Assembly: GCA_002633005.1 (NCBI GenBank)
Contig: NMRA01000130.1
Coordinates: 551,848 to 615,847, forward strand
Length of the DNA stretch: 64,000 bases
Reading direction: 5' to 3'
Origin: Phoronis australis
Lineage: Eukaryota; Animalia; Phoronida
Shown here: piece after piece, positions 1 through 13,150 of the stretch
How the letters are laid out: each line of letters starts with the position of its first letter
How positions within the stretch are numbered: the first letter of the stretch is position 1
Program-made: the position numbers and the translations under genes
Notes under the pieces: generated by a model
What the model was told of the DNA's origin: nothing
Seen by the model: the letters and a program-made list of their open reading frames with translations, nothing else
Database searches by the model: none

Positions 1-278
1 AAATCGGATACAAAATGGCCGCCACGTCCGCCATTTTGTATCCGATCATGACCAAAAACAATAGCGTTCCAGTGATTCCCGATCTACATGTTGTGTGCAA
101 ATTTCGTGAAAATCGGACCAGAATTGCGACCTGTAGAGAGCGAACAAACAAAAAAAAAAAACAAAAAAAAACTTGCTGTCAGAGCAACATACTTGACGGA
201 ATTCGAAGAATTCCGCCAAGTAACAAACATAGTGTCAGAGCGATATACTTGGCGAAATTTATTTCGCCAAGTAAAAAG
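1..278 (-). mobile_element. Helentron/DINE-1-like non-autonomous element, terminal part (runs off window start)
   Basis: Terminal hairpins TACTTGGCGAAAT-TT-ATTTCGCCAAGTA (246-273) and TACTTGACGGAATTC-GAA-GAATTCCGCCAAGTA (190-222) next to a T-run on the - strand; internal palindrome at 5-44; CCGATTTTCACGAAATTTG core motif typical of such elements. Family assignment is by recognition, not by search. Confidence 0.55.
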
Positions 279-1947
279 AGTGCCGTTTCTTAGAAATCCA
301 GTAACTGACACTCATGTCGGTAGATATTCATTGAAACAGTAGGACTTATCATGGAAAGGCGGTAATTAGTATCATGCTAGGGTATATTCTGTACATGGCT
401 CCTTCCATCATCAGCTTGTGTAAAGTACACATAAACTCCCTTGATGTTTGTCTCATTAGGGGTCACAGTGTAGCCAGTCAGCATTGGTTTGCAGTACGAT
501 TACATAATAGCACTGTGTATGCACTGGTTACATCATATTCTTGCATTACAATGTCCTATCGTTCAGTAACTTTTCCAGACGTGAGGGGTGCTGAACGTGC
601 GATAATATCATTTTTATCAGCCCACCCCAGTCAGGGTAGATACGATCTGATCCGAGATTAGAGCAATTATCAAACAAAAGAGTGCAGGCCCTCCAACCAT
701 CAATGCCAGAATTGGCTACAGGGGGTAAACTTCCCAACTTGTTGTCGGTTGGGCTATACAATCGAACAAGTTGGGAGCAACGGGGTGTCGCCGTCATGGA
801 GTCAATATATAGTTACCTATGAAACCAATTGTGTTTCAGTCCGACTATAGCTAGACAGTAAGTAGTGGCTTCACTGATAACAGCCTTAATGTAAACAACT
901 TACTGCTCTTAAAATGTGTTGGAAATTCTCAGTGTTGATTTTCGTGACTTTATATCATAGTTTTATATCGTAATATGTGCAAGCCAATTCTGAACATTTT
1001 TTACTCAATACATTTCAAGTGGCTTACCAAGTATAGTAAGTAAACTTGGTGAGTAGATAAGGAGTGGAATATGCTGAGCCCAGACGTTCATGGTATTCTT
1101 AGGTGACCTTTATCGAATTCAAGGTCAATGACCTTAGCTCAATAGGGCATTCAGGGATTACACAGGGGCCTCCATCTAGAGTTGTACTAGGTTACAACCC
1201 TAACAATGTTTTGCATAGCACTGTCCTGACTTTCAGTCAAAAAAGTTTCACATGGAACCATTTCAATAGCGTTTTAATCGAGTGATAATCAAAACTTTAC
1301 TCTCATATATTGTTTTGGGCTTAATGTAAAAATCAGCTATCCAAGATTCCGCGCTGCAAAAGGGATAGGTTTTATCAGGAAGAGATATCTCTTCCTGGTT
1401 TTATGGAATTACCTATATAAAAGTATGGTCTCTGGAACAAAACCTTATGAAAGTGTACTAGGTTTTTCAAGGAAAGTCTTTACAAATGGATTCCCCGACG
1501 AGTCTACTCTCTAAATAGGTGGACATCCGAATAGTCGAAGTACCCCGGAAATTAGTTTCAACCAAAGAATCTTGACAGCTGTTACTAGACAGGAGCTAGC
1601 CTCTTTAGAATATTTGTCTCATTAGAAACCAATGATTCTGATCAGCATAACTAACTCTGGTCAGTATTGTTCGCAAAACGTTAGTTTAAGTACATATATT
1701 ATTACCTAGTGAGTACTGAATGTACATATTTTTTAATAACACCAAATTTCATGTACAGTCCAACTCTTTTTAATACACTAAGAAAGTTTAATTAGTCGCC
1801 AAATGGTCGTACCGCACACTTGCAAAATGTTTATTTGGTGTGAACGAATTTGGCCAATATCTGAACAGTAACGTATTCTTTATGAGGTCCAGTAATCAAA
1901 CTTGTTATTTATTTAAGTTGTACAAAACACATTTAGATAGCTTTAAC

Positions 1948-2748
1948 CGTGCACAAGCCATATCTAACTGGTACGTCGATGCAGCCTTGTTAATGTCAGA
2001 CCCATTTTTGACTTGTAGGTTAAGAAGTTTCGGGTATGCTGTGAACGGCATTTCATTGCTCAGTATGAAATATGCAGGGTTAAACAGCTTCTTTAGTACT
2101 TCTGTATTTCTTTCACTGATTTTATCAGCAATGGCATCCAAAGGACCCAGGCAATCATTACCAGTTGCTCTGTTGTCAACAATCTTGGCAGCACGTTCGC
2201 AATCCTTATGCTTTACCGACTCGAAATGACTTTGAATATTTGACAGTCTAAAATAGAAACATAAGGTGTGTCAAAAGACGAATTAGCAGAGTAACTATGA
2301 TATCTGAACCATTGTCTGCACAGTTTTGGTCATGTGTACCTTATATTAGTTTAAAATCAAATTTTAACATATAATAATGCCACACATACTTTTATTTTCA
2401 ATAAATAATTACATAGACCGCGAAAAAGTCACCCTTCAGAGCGACCTTATTCCTCTTCTTTTGGAGTCGCTACCGGGAGCCGGGAATTCATAAGTTTCCT
2501 TTGGAATTCCAACAGAATAAATACCCGGCCTTTAAAACTGCTGTGTAGTTTAGAAAATGTGTGGTCAATCATTCCCTTTTTAGCTTTTGCGCTTACCTGT
2601 ATGACTTGCATCCGTCGATGAACGTGGTATTTCCAGCTGTACTAGGGAAGCGCTGGCAAAAATCACAAGTCATACCTTGTTCTCTGTCTCGCAGGCCAGG
2701 AAACCTATTTTCCCACGATGGAACCCACCCCCGAACTCTTTTTTTCAT
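1948..2748 (-). pseudogene. Spliced transposase fragment: TTF-type zinc finger plus ZNF862-like segment (exons 2748-2597 and 2247-1948)
   Basis: MKKRVRGWVPSWENRFPGLRDREQGMTCDFC...FIDGCKSYR, then an intron GTAAGC...TTTTAG (2596-2248), then LSNIQSHFESVKHKDC...KKLFNPAYFILSNEMPFTAYPKLLNLQVKNG...YQLDMACAR. The frame is preserved across the intron. No DDE core is seen downstream. Confidence 0.7.
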
Positions 2749-3218
2749 GTAGTTGCTTTGATGAGTCATCCTGGGATCGCTTTTTAGAAACTAAACTAAG
2801 GAAGCCCCGTCCAGGCTGCCTAATGTTTGGACATTTTGCCAGAGTGCAGACGATCAGTAGTATCACGTGACAACTTATTCAGAAACTGCAGGGCTAGTTC
2901 AGAGAATGGAAAGGATTTGACCGCGGCATCATCTGTACACTCACGCAGCATCACACTCATTCAATTTTCCTTACGGTGCTCATTCGAAGACGGGAGTTTC
3001 CTTGATGACCACCGGGGTTTTTCGACGGTATTTAGGTTTGTGTCGGGGTTCGTTTCTTTGGAGCGACTGTCGAGCAGACAATCTTAGGATCTGTCTACTT
3101 GCCTATGCGGCCAGCTTTTTTAACTTGCCCGTCGGGTAGGTACTTCTCAAATTCCACTTGCCCGACGCAAAATCTACCTGTACACGGGCAATCGGGCAAC
3201 CGTTAGTGTTGAGCCCTG
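1948..3218 (-). mobile_element. Truncated hAT-superfamily DNA transposon (ZNF862/C17orf113-like transposase N-terminus)
   Basis: Begins CAGGGCTCAACACTAACGGTTGCCCG at 3218 on the - strand, with repeated subterminal GGGCAA motifs (3098-3200), followed by transposase coding remnants. No matching second terminus found. Confidence 0.7.
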
Positions 3219-3352
3219 ATAGTTATAGCTATTTCTAACCATTTATTTGTCAAACACGATATTACAAATCAATATTACCAATGCGAGTACCCATACACTA
3301 TTTAACCCCTGCAGGTGCTTCCAGACGAATTATTTAGAACATGTATGAATGA

Positions 3353-3802
3353 TATGAAGCACCAAAGAGTTCTTAAACGAGTACCTTTCTGTGCATTGAA
3401 ATGTGCTTAATCAGTGCGTAGTTTTGCTTAATTAACGCGCACTTTTGCTTAATCGATTCGTAGTTTTACTTTTAAGTAAAACTACGCTGATTAAAATCAA
3501 CATAGTTTAAAACTTATTTGTTCCTAACAAAGTAACGGCGCCATCATTTACGTGGTCACTTGATAAGAATCGGCAACATTCTTCAACAGTTGCCTTGCAC
3601 CCAGAAAGTCTTCTGCCATTTTTAGATTTGAGGTAAAAATTTGCATTGATGAAGCAAAAGTACACGTTGAATAATAGCAGAAGGATGCATCGTTTAAGAG
3701 CTAAACTTACGTGTTGATTAAGCAAAGTACATGTTGATTAAGCAAAACTACGGATTGATTAAGCACAAAGGTACTCGTTAAAGAACCCTTTGGCGCTTCA
3801 TA
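3353..3802. mobile_element. MITE with ~36-bp TIRs and subterminal repeats
   Basis: TATGAAGCACCAAAGAGTTCTTAAACGAGTACCTTT ... AAAGGTACTCGTTAAAGAACCCTTTGGCGCTTCATA; internal GTAGTTTTGCTTAAT / ATTAAGCAAAACTAC repeats on both arms. Confidence 0.8.
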
Positions 3803-4559
3803 TTAATTAAGTGAAAACTTCACTCAACAAGAATTTACTCTCATGGTGTCCAAAGTCTTTGTTGTTATATTGATCTAGGATTGCTACGTATTTTTCAGAG
3901 TAATGAAATTTGCGAAATAATTAGTAAGAACATTCAAATTTAAGTTATTTTTTTAATTTTTGTAATGTAATGTAATATTTCGTATATAAAAACCAGTTGA
4001 ACACCTTGTTTTCTGTTTAAAAAGGATTCCAGACGTCATTATATTTTTATCCAAAGGAAGTTTATATTTTGTTGATAGTTACAGCTTTTTCATACTGAGT
4101 ATGTAATAAATCATGAATAATGTTTGAATCTTGCACTGAAAATCATCAGGGAAGAGTGGAGAATAACCTCTTAAAATGGCGTGCTGGCAACGTTTTTGTT
4201 TGGTCATGTGTGCCTATGTGCAATAATCAGAAAGGGTTTATATAACAACTACATTTATTAGTTCTCAATCACTGCCAACATAAACAAGTACAAAAAGGTT
4301 GAAAAAATATCCATACAATATGTGTTACAAAACCCACTTCACATATACAATGATGGAAGTCTTGTTCTTAACCAGAAGCGTAAACACAGTGGTTTTGTCC
4401 TAGAAAAAATGTGTGGGACTGGCCATGAACTGTATTAGGTCCAGTGAACTGTGAAGTGCGAGCTGAGTAAACAATTATTCCCTTAACATTCAACCTGATA
4501 TTAGATGAAATGTTCAGCAGATAAAACGTTCTGCATCACGTCATCAATTATCAGAGTCA

Positions 4560-4770
4560 GGCAGTGTGGCCTCGTGTGATAGGTGCCCACTTTCTTTACT
4601 AGAGGTCGTGGGTTCAAATCCGACTGGATCATACTGCTAAACCTTTGTGCTCGGTTTCAACTTTATACGGCATTAATAAAGCATAGAAATGGTTCCAGGT
4701 GATCAGTGCAATGGGCCCACATTAGCAGCCTGCGCATGTCTGGTACAACACGTATCGACCACCTGCATTT
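4560..4770 (+). mobile_element. tRNA-derived SINE, family A
   Basis: A-box-like TGGCCTCGTGTG and B-box GGTTCAAATCC; the body (AATGGTTCCAGGTGATCAGTGCA) recurs reverse-complemented at 17703-17924. Confidence 0.7.
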
Positions 4771-6384
4771 AAGTATGTAGAATGAAAAGGAAATATTTTG
4801 TGCACTGTGACTATTGTTGTGTTACTGCGACAGAATTTTTCCTTTTTTTTGTAGAAATCAAACAATATTAAGGCCACACAAAACTCACTACTATCAGAAA
4901 AGTACTGCAGATTAATTGTATGCGAATGTTTTCATTTTTAAAAAGACCATTCTCAGCGGATTTTTAGCTATGTTATTTTGGGCCAGATTGTTTACACAAG
5001 TCACTCACCTTCATTTCTGCATGGACCCTAACCATGTCACTGTGAACACAATTATGTATTTTGTGTTAGGCCTCTCCTGGGGGTTTGTTGGTAAGAGATA
5101 TTGTTTTCAAAAGGATACTAAACCCTGTTTGATGATTTCAACCAACCCTCATTCTGTCACCTGCTAATGCATCATTGGCGTAAATCTTTAAGGATATCTC
5201 AAACCTTATTTACAGAAATTGGCCATTTTTACAATATTTCACGTGTCTAGCAAAGCTATTTTATCTTGATTCACGGGAACTTCAAATACAAAATATATAC
5301 CGTGCACCTAGAAAAAAAAGATTTAGCAGAACCACCTTGGAACCGCACAACTGCTTGGATATTTGTTTACAACTTATCCGAGGTCAAAGGTTACAGAGCT
5401 ATCACTCCAATCGAATCTCCCGCCAGGTACACAACAGCTTCGTATGTATCCGCAGTCCTTTCATTCACTGAGTCGCCATAATAATGAGTCAACGAGGTGT
5501 ACTTATGATAGAACGGTGCCGGGAAAACAAAGACAAAATATAGTTTTCATCCCGAGGGAGTTGTGCGTCTACATGCATTCGACTGTTGAGAAGAAATGCC
5601 ACGACTAGGAGTCACCTCACGCCTCTATGGTCACGAACACAGCAAGTTGTGAAAAGAGATAAATCCTCACCCAAATTCATTAATTTGATCGGTAATTAAC
5701 ATTTTGCTGTTTCCATCTCATGCTTTAACAACCGACTCGATTTTTGTTACCTACATCTTACTTGGTTTCGTATCAGTCTCGCGGCACGTGACGTGTATAG
5801 ACTATGTGTATGTATAACAATGAACTGTGACCTACTATTAAGTACCTCACAGCAACAGGAACAGTTGATCCCACCTCGTGGCTGGGGACAATACGTTTTA
5901 ATGATAATTAAGTTAATTACACACTGCAAATACAGTTGACATTGCGAGTGAATGTTGAAATAGCTAATATGGTTTAGGCATGTATAGGTTGTATTGAATG
6001 AAAACAAGTTTTCACCCAATAATTAACTGAAGGCTTTGAGATTTTCACTAATGTCCCAGTTTAATCGGCTTTTTCTGGGCTTTGGCAAATCGACTTTATT
6101 TGAACTTAGAACTCGAGTTCTCGAAAACAGCTTATTGGTTTTCGCTGAAACTTTCCAAATTTAATATTTCATTGATCAATCTCAAAAACGCTGTTAGGAC
6201 TTTTGATATAAAGGCCTAGTTTTTGCGCAATGTAACAAAGACGAATATGACTTCTTTTTTTACAAAAATATGTTACCTTTACGCGACATTAGCCTATTTG
6301 GACATTTTTTAAGGTCCAACATAACCTTCAATGATATTTATATTAATACTTGATATGATTTCCACTGATGTGATTGTTTTACAG

Positions 6385-6499
6385 GAATGGAGACATTTCC
6401 CTCAACAACCCCCATCTGAAGCTTCAAAAAAAAGATGTGTTGTACCATTTGGGACTATCCACTGATCAAAATTTGGTGGAAATGTTCAATGATGTCAAG
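6385..6499 (+). CDS. UPP1: Uridine phosphorylase, first identifiable coding exon (internal, phase 2 start)
   Basis: TTTTACAG|...|GTATTG; NGDISLNNPHLKLQKKDVLYHLGLSTDQNLVEMFNDVK matches the eukaryotic UPP N-terminus (NP..D.LYH...F.DVK). Confidence 0.9.
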
Positions 6500-7735
6500 G
6501 TATTGATAGTCTTGGTAAAATAAACCTTATAGATGAAACTCACCGAGGGCTTATTGTTAGTAAAAATGCATTATTTTCAATGTCACCACTCCTGATAAAA
6601 GTGCTTCTTGAGGACAGGTGCTCTTGTACAATTCTGTTGGCTTAAAAGGGAACTGTATTTTATTCTGAATAAGTTTTGCATAGTTTTTTAGGAGTTGTTG
6701 ATTAATTTCGCAAATAATTCAACAGCAAAAAGTAAACTTATATTCTCTAGCGAATCTAAAAAAATCACCCGCTTAGAGCGCTGCTTCTCGTGACGTATTT
6801 GGTGGGGTAAAATCAGTGTCGTATTTTAGCGTGCAGTCAAGTGGCGCTCTTCAAATTTTTGGAATAAGAAATTTTAATGTAAAATGTCACCAGGGATACC
6901 TGTTTGAGCCAAGGCAACACAAAGTGATACCTAGTCGTCATCGTCAGACGAAAATATGCCGGTGCAACCAGTCCCTATCAACTACTTACTCTGGTGAGTG
7001 GTGTGACTGCAGAGCTCTGCAGACTCTAGCCAGCCAGCCAGCTGCCAGTCAATACTCGGCTCTGTAAACTTTCTAAGGGTTAGTTAGTTACCGACTATAG
7101 CTGTATGAAGACTATTGTACCACTGTGTGTTGAGCTCTGTTCGACCCCAAAATTTCACACAGTCCGTTGACTACCCAGGTGGTTATGCTCGTCACTTTGT
7201 CATGAAACTTACATCAACATATTGCCAGAGCTAGTTAGTTGGTTGACATCCAACATCCAATAGCTGCCCCACTTGCTGGTCAAATTGTTAGCCTATCCAA
7301 AGGGACAGATACCTGGTGGTCAAAAGGTCAAAGGGAGGGACAGCTATTCAGCTTGGTTGATATCCAACATCTAATAGCAAATTTTAATTCAATTGCTATG
7401 AAAATGATATATTTTTTATAAGAAAAGAAAATTATTTTAAAAGTAAAACATGTTCAAAAAGAAAATCAAAGAAAACAATTTTGAAAATACTTAGTATTTA
7501 AAATGAAAAAATTGAAAATAACCCGTGTTGAAAAAGAAAATTTGATATTAAACAACTTTAAAATTTTTTGAAAGAAATGGTTTTAAAACCAAGATAAAAT
7601 CATTATTAAAGACAAAACTCATTCGTTTTTTTCCACTTTCAAATGATTTTAAAATGAAAAGCAGCCTCGTGCTGCCACAGGTCATCACTGATGAGTTCAT
7701 TTGGCGAATGTCTTGCTTACACTGGTTACCACAAA

Positions 7736-8238
7736 AGGCCTTTTCATACTGACTTCAACTCTGGTTTGAGTAGAGCATAGACGTAAACTGTGAAGTTAAC
7801 TAAACCGTTCATACTGGCTTCGGTAGTTACGAACATCGAAGTAAACGGCAGGTGACGCTGTTGTCTTCGAAGTAATCGCAAGGTAGCGCTGCACGCTAAG
7901 ATTTTTTTAAAGTGCCAATTTGGGAATATTTGCATGTGCTTATTGACATAAAACTTATTTTTAAGTCGATTGGTGATTATTCGAGCAAAATATAAGCAAC
8001 TATTATCAACGACACTACCCTTTAATTGTTGACAATAACAGTGACACCTGGCGATAACTTCGATGGGACCAAAGTTGACCGTTCATACTACACCGCATCG
8101 TCGACGCTCCGCTGTTAAATCTACCTGTTTAGTGCGAAGTTTACTGGCACTGGTAACTTCAATCCAGGGCCAAAGTAAGCGTTCATACTGACCGCAACTC
8201 CCCAAAACATTGACCATCAAGGTTAGTATGAAAGGCCC
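7736..8238. mobile_element. PIF/Harbinger-like MITE
   Basis: TIRs GGCCTTTTCATACTGAC ... GTTAGTATGAAAGGCCC followed by TTAA; internal CCGTTCATACT repeats; partial copy of the right end at ~10105-10205. Confidence 0.65.
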
Positions 8239-8558
8239 TTAAGATTCCCTTAGCCCCACACAACTTTTATTATGCCTATTCAACTCCCACTAGTTGTATT
8301 GATGCAGATCTGAGCTAATGAAGTAGAAAGGTAATAGCTACCACTGTTTCAACAATGATGGTTGTTATTACACAAAAATTGGTTTCCTCTGGCAATTGCA
8401 CAGAGTTACAGTCTGCAACTGTTTAGAGTAGTTTTAACTTGGTACATTTAAATATTACAAAATGACTAAAAAAGTTAATTTGTGTTTAACTTGACCAAGG
8501 TTCATTTCCCAAAGGAACAGTGGTTTTGAAATGTTTCATACCGATTTTTGTTATTTCA

Positions 8559-8850
8559 TTTTTATGCGCCCACATATTTATATGTGGACGCATTATGCCG
8601 TCATCTCTGTCCGTCCGTCCGTCTGTCAAGCATCCGCTGCTCTATCTCCAAAACCGGTTGACGTATGTTCATGAAATTTTGCCCATATGTTCCTTTTATG
8701 GATGGGACGGCATGAGTGAAGTTTCGGACGGATCCAACTACTGGTGTGCCCCCTAGTGACAATTTTAGTTTTGTACCTTTACCTCTGTATCTTCAAAGGT
8801 CCTCGACATATTTTCACAAAATTTAGTGAAAACAAAATGATAATTTAGAA
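8559..8850 (+). mobile_element. Helentron-associated (HINE/DINE-1-like) element
   Basis: T-run, then hairpin ATGCGCCCACATA-TTTA-TATGTGGACGCAT, then (GTCC)n microsatellite, then ATCTCCAAAACC...TTCATGAAATTT core. This is the canonical DINE-like order; the 3' end is approximate. Confidence 0.65.
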
Positions 8851-9079
8851 AAGTACGGTAGCTGGGCAGCCGAAAGTATCATCACTATTTTATTTTTAAT
8901 CACTTTTTTATTTTTCCTTTTTCACCCAGGTGAGAATGAATTCACCAAGGTGTAAATAAGTTTCAACCCTGGTGGAAATAATTTCCACCTGGGTGTAAAT
9001 AATTTCAACCTATTTTTACCCACTCCGTATGAAGTGTTTGTAACAAGTCTATAAGTGTAGTAACACCTTCTTGTTTCAG

Positions 9080-9232
9080 TTTATTTGTCTTGGTGGAAGT
9101 AGCACTCGTATGGAGCAGTTTGCAAAGTACATACAGAAAGAGCTTGGTTTCTCTCAAGATGAGTCATTGGAAGACATAGCTGACACAGACAGGTACTCCA
9201 TGTACAAAGTGGGTCCCGTGCTCTCAGTTTCG
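9080..9232 (+). CDS. UPP1: Uridine phosphorylase exon
   Basis: TTTCAG|FICLGGSSTRMEQFAKYIQKELGFSQDESLEDIADTDRYSMYKVGPVLSVS|GTAAGA; conserved GGS..R and TDRY.MYKVGPVLSVS motifs. Confidence 0.96.
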
Positions 9233-9367
9233 GTAAGAAGCTTCAATTGTTTTGCTTACTGTACCTTATATGTAGTTGCTAAACGTATCTCAACATAAGA
9301 AAGTAATAGTACTACAGTAACTGCCTTCAGGTCTTGCTAGTTTTGACACTAAAAAGCAAATTTGCAA

Positions 9368-9510
9368 ACATTTCTATGTCTGGTCTACATGCCACTTGTG
9401 GCCACATCACGTGACCTAATGAATATAAGTCTGAAAAAATTTTTGCCCCAACCCTGACCAAACTTGGGACCTTCTGCTAATCATGCTGACACTTTAGTCC
9501 AGTGAAACAC
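9368..9510 (-). mobile_element. tRNA-derived SINE, family B (degenerate copy)
   Basis: Aligns by eye with 37178-37318 (TCTGGTCT.CATGCCAC...CCTAATGAA.ATAAGTCTGAAAA...GGGACCTTCTGCTAA). Confidence 0.65.
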
Positions 9511-10269
9511 ACAAAAAATATTTATGTAAAAAGTAAATTGGTGAATCACTGGAACTCAAGCTCTGATGCCATGGTGACATTATGAATGATGCAAGTACAC
9601 TATCGCATTCAGTCTTGACAACCATGGTTAACTTTTGAGCAGTAGTTAGGTGTCATTATAGGGAAATACTGCCATTAAAAGTTGGACACACTTTTCAGAT
9701 GAAAATGTAAAATTTGAGGTGTTATTTCCAAAAAGTGGATTCTAAGGAGGATATTAGTCTAAAGCTTAATTTTTGATTTTTAACTGTTGTTAAACTTTGG
9801 TTCTTCATTCATTTTTTTGTAAAAAAGTGAAACTTATTCAAAAGCGCAAGGTGATCATATCGATCCCAACTCTGAAAATCCTGTGCAGCACACTTGAATA
9901 GTGACTGAGCCAGGATTGCACCTATGTTTAAACTTTGTATACATATCGCACAGCTTTGTCAGAAGGAACAACACACCAGGTAGCAATATTGTCTTTGGCT
10001 CTGGAATGTAGTGAAAATTCAAAAAAAAAGCCCGTACAAAGTTCAAAGCGCAGAGCAGCATCAATGGTATCCTGTTGAATCCACATGTTTATTCGGAATT
10101 TAACAGGCACTTAACTTCAATCCAGGACTGAAGTTAACTGTTCATTCTGACCATAACTAAGATTCCCCAAACCATTGATGCGTCGACCTTAGTATGAAAG
10201 TGCATTAGTTAATATGAAATTGATAAACACTTCTGGACATGCCCAGAATTGTACAACGACATTTTGCTA

Positions 10270-11086
<817 letters not shown>

Positions 11087-11104
11087 TAGTATAGCCATGT
11101 TGAA

Positions 11105-11660
11105 AACCATGAGACAACTCCTATGCTAACATCTGGGGTTTTGTTACCCCACCGAGTCTAAGTGAGACTGTGGAGTGACTAACCCGCCCTAATCTATACA
11201 TAAATTAATGTTCGTGGCTTAGCCGCGATGCTGAAGAAAACCTATTCACTAATTTCTCTTGTAATGCACCGATTTTAAAAACTCAGAGATGGCTACTATT
11301 TACTTTTCAATTTTAAAAACAGTCATGCTGGTCGTTTTTACTTCAAAACTCCTATGCTAAACAGGTGTGTTGGTTTCATGAGACATATCCTAACATTTGG
11401 GGTTTTGTAACACCCCAACACCTAAGCCAGATGATGACTAACCCGTCATAATTGATTCACAAATTAATGCTCGTTGCTTAGCCATAATGCTGAAGAAAAT
11501 CTATTGGCTAATTTCTCTTATAATACCTCTATTTTAAAAATTTAAAGACGGCTAATATTTACTTTTCAATTTTAAAAACAGCCATGTTGATCTCTTGCCT
11601 TACTTGTTGCTTGTTTTTTTTGACTTTGAAACTTGTAAGCTAAACAGGAAAGTTGGTTTA
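11105..11660 (+). repeat. Diverged tandem duplication, ~240-270-bp unit
   Basis: CTAACAT.TGGGGTTTTGT...GACTAACCCG...AAATTAATG.TCGT.GCTTAGCC...TGCTGAAGAAAA.CTATT...TTTACTTTTCAATTTTAAAAACAG occurs twice. Confidence 0.8.
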
Positions 11661-12653
11661 TGACTGCAATTATCTCATACAGCACGTTCAACCAAGCTCA
11701 TGAATAGTGAGTAGTTCCTTTCAATACGTGACGGCGCCATCAAGCCTTTGATGTGCCGAGGACTTTGGGGTGGAAACTCTGGGATAAACGGTACACGCTT
11801 TCTTGTCCAGTTGCATGTAAAGCTTGTTAACATAAGATTTGTCTACTGGCTAGATAAAAAGTTTTGTACAACACTAGCTAATCTAGGATTTTGTAGACTG
11901 TAATATCCAAAGCACAAATATAGTACCCTTTAAAACGATGTGTGGGCAGTTTCTTCATTTTTACCGTATTTGTGGATGAGGGGCCCCAGTAAATCTGCCT
12001 ACAAACGGTGTCCTCCCATATTAAACCACTACTTTCAAAGGACTCCAATGTGGTTTCCTTAGAAACTATCAAAAAATCTATCTAACAGGAATTTTCAGGA
12101 CCATTTCAGTGAAAGAATGAAAAAGGATTTTCCTTTTTGCTCAGTTTTCATGCACCTGTACGCTAATATTTCTCGAGTTAAATCTTGATCTGGGAGCGGT
12201 ATTGATGCCACTCTTTAGTGTCTTGTCATAAATAAAAAATAATTCACATCATATTGTTCATTAGTCTTGCATTGCAGAGGAAGGGTATTTTGTGTCTGTA
12301 ATAATATAAATAACATCATTTTTGCCCTTTGATTTTGAAATTTTATCATGAAATCAATGTTGCTGAAAATTACAAATCTTTGACTTACAATCATTTGCCA
12401 CCCTTTTCATAAAGCACTGAATACTTGGATGATTGAGAACCCTCACTGGGCACAAGTCTAGTCAACCTATTGTGTGTTAATTGAGTGACAGGCAGTTAAA
12501 CTGCATTCTCCACTTCCTAATTGCTAACTATAAGAAGCTGACCACAAAAGCAAACACACACATTATAGTGTGGAACAGGTACTATCCTATTCAGCTACTG
12601 GTTGAGGAAGGATTGAACAAGACTAAAGAGTATTTCTATGCATTGTGAGATTA

Positions 12654-13150
12654 TATGTAGGACCCTAGAAAAATGTCCAGTTTTGGCCAAATTTGGGCAC
12701 ATCATGTCTAAAAAATGGCTGATCAGGTTCACAGAAACTTTCAGATACTATGCTTTGTTCATTGTTCTCCAAAATCCTGTTAGGAATTGTTTTAAAATAT
12801 TCCACTTTTTCACGATGGGCTATCAAAAATCAAGACATTTATCAAAAAAATTGAAGTTGCATAAAACGAAAATGAAACCATAATTTAGAAAAATGTAACA
12901 GTGTTTTTGAGACTTTATCTTGAACACCTAATATATCGTATGAAATCTTGTCATCCTTTTGTTGTCCACCTTCGGAACATCGTATCTCAAAAATGTTGGA
13001 TCGGATTCACAGGAAACTCAAGTGCCATGCTTTATACACTGTTCTACAAAACATTTTTAGGAACTGTTTTTAAAATGTTCCACTTTTGCATAGGGGCTGT
13101 TAAATAATAGGACTAATATGATTTTTATGAAAAAAATTTGCATAAAACGA
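12654..13150 (+). mobile_element. Dispersed putative DNA-transposon family starting TATGTAGGACCC (copies ~28770-28945 on -, 49877-50090, 58820-59060)
   Basis: Shared AAAAATGGCTGATC.G.TTCA...TTTCAGATACTATG...GTTAGGAATTGTTTT...TTCCACTTTT blocks; internally duplicated at this locus. Confidence 0.6.

Noticed and set aside
546-797. 83-aa minus-strand ORF as a continuation of the transposase
   Set aside because: No recognisable hAT motifs, and the nearest acceptor has an in-frame stop.
1122-1134. Perfect IR1 nuclear-receptor element AGGTCAATGACCT
   Set aside because: It sits in TGACCTT/AAGGTCA-rich sequence typical of dispersed repeats, and there is no independent evidence of function.
1840-2229. 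129-aa plus-strand ORF
   Set aside because: It is the antisense shadow of the minus-strand transposase exon.
7708-7735. Hammerhead-like CTGATGAG...CGAA near 7688-7710 (similar CTGATGAG at ~46226 and ~58196-58204 on -)
   Set aside because: The GAAA box and flanking stems are not convincingly formed; an 8-mer match is expected by chance.
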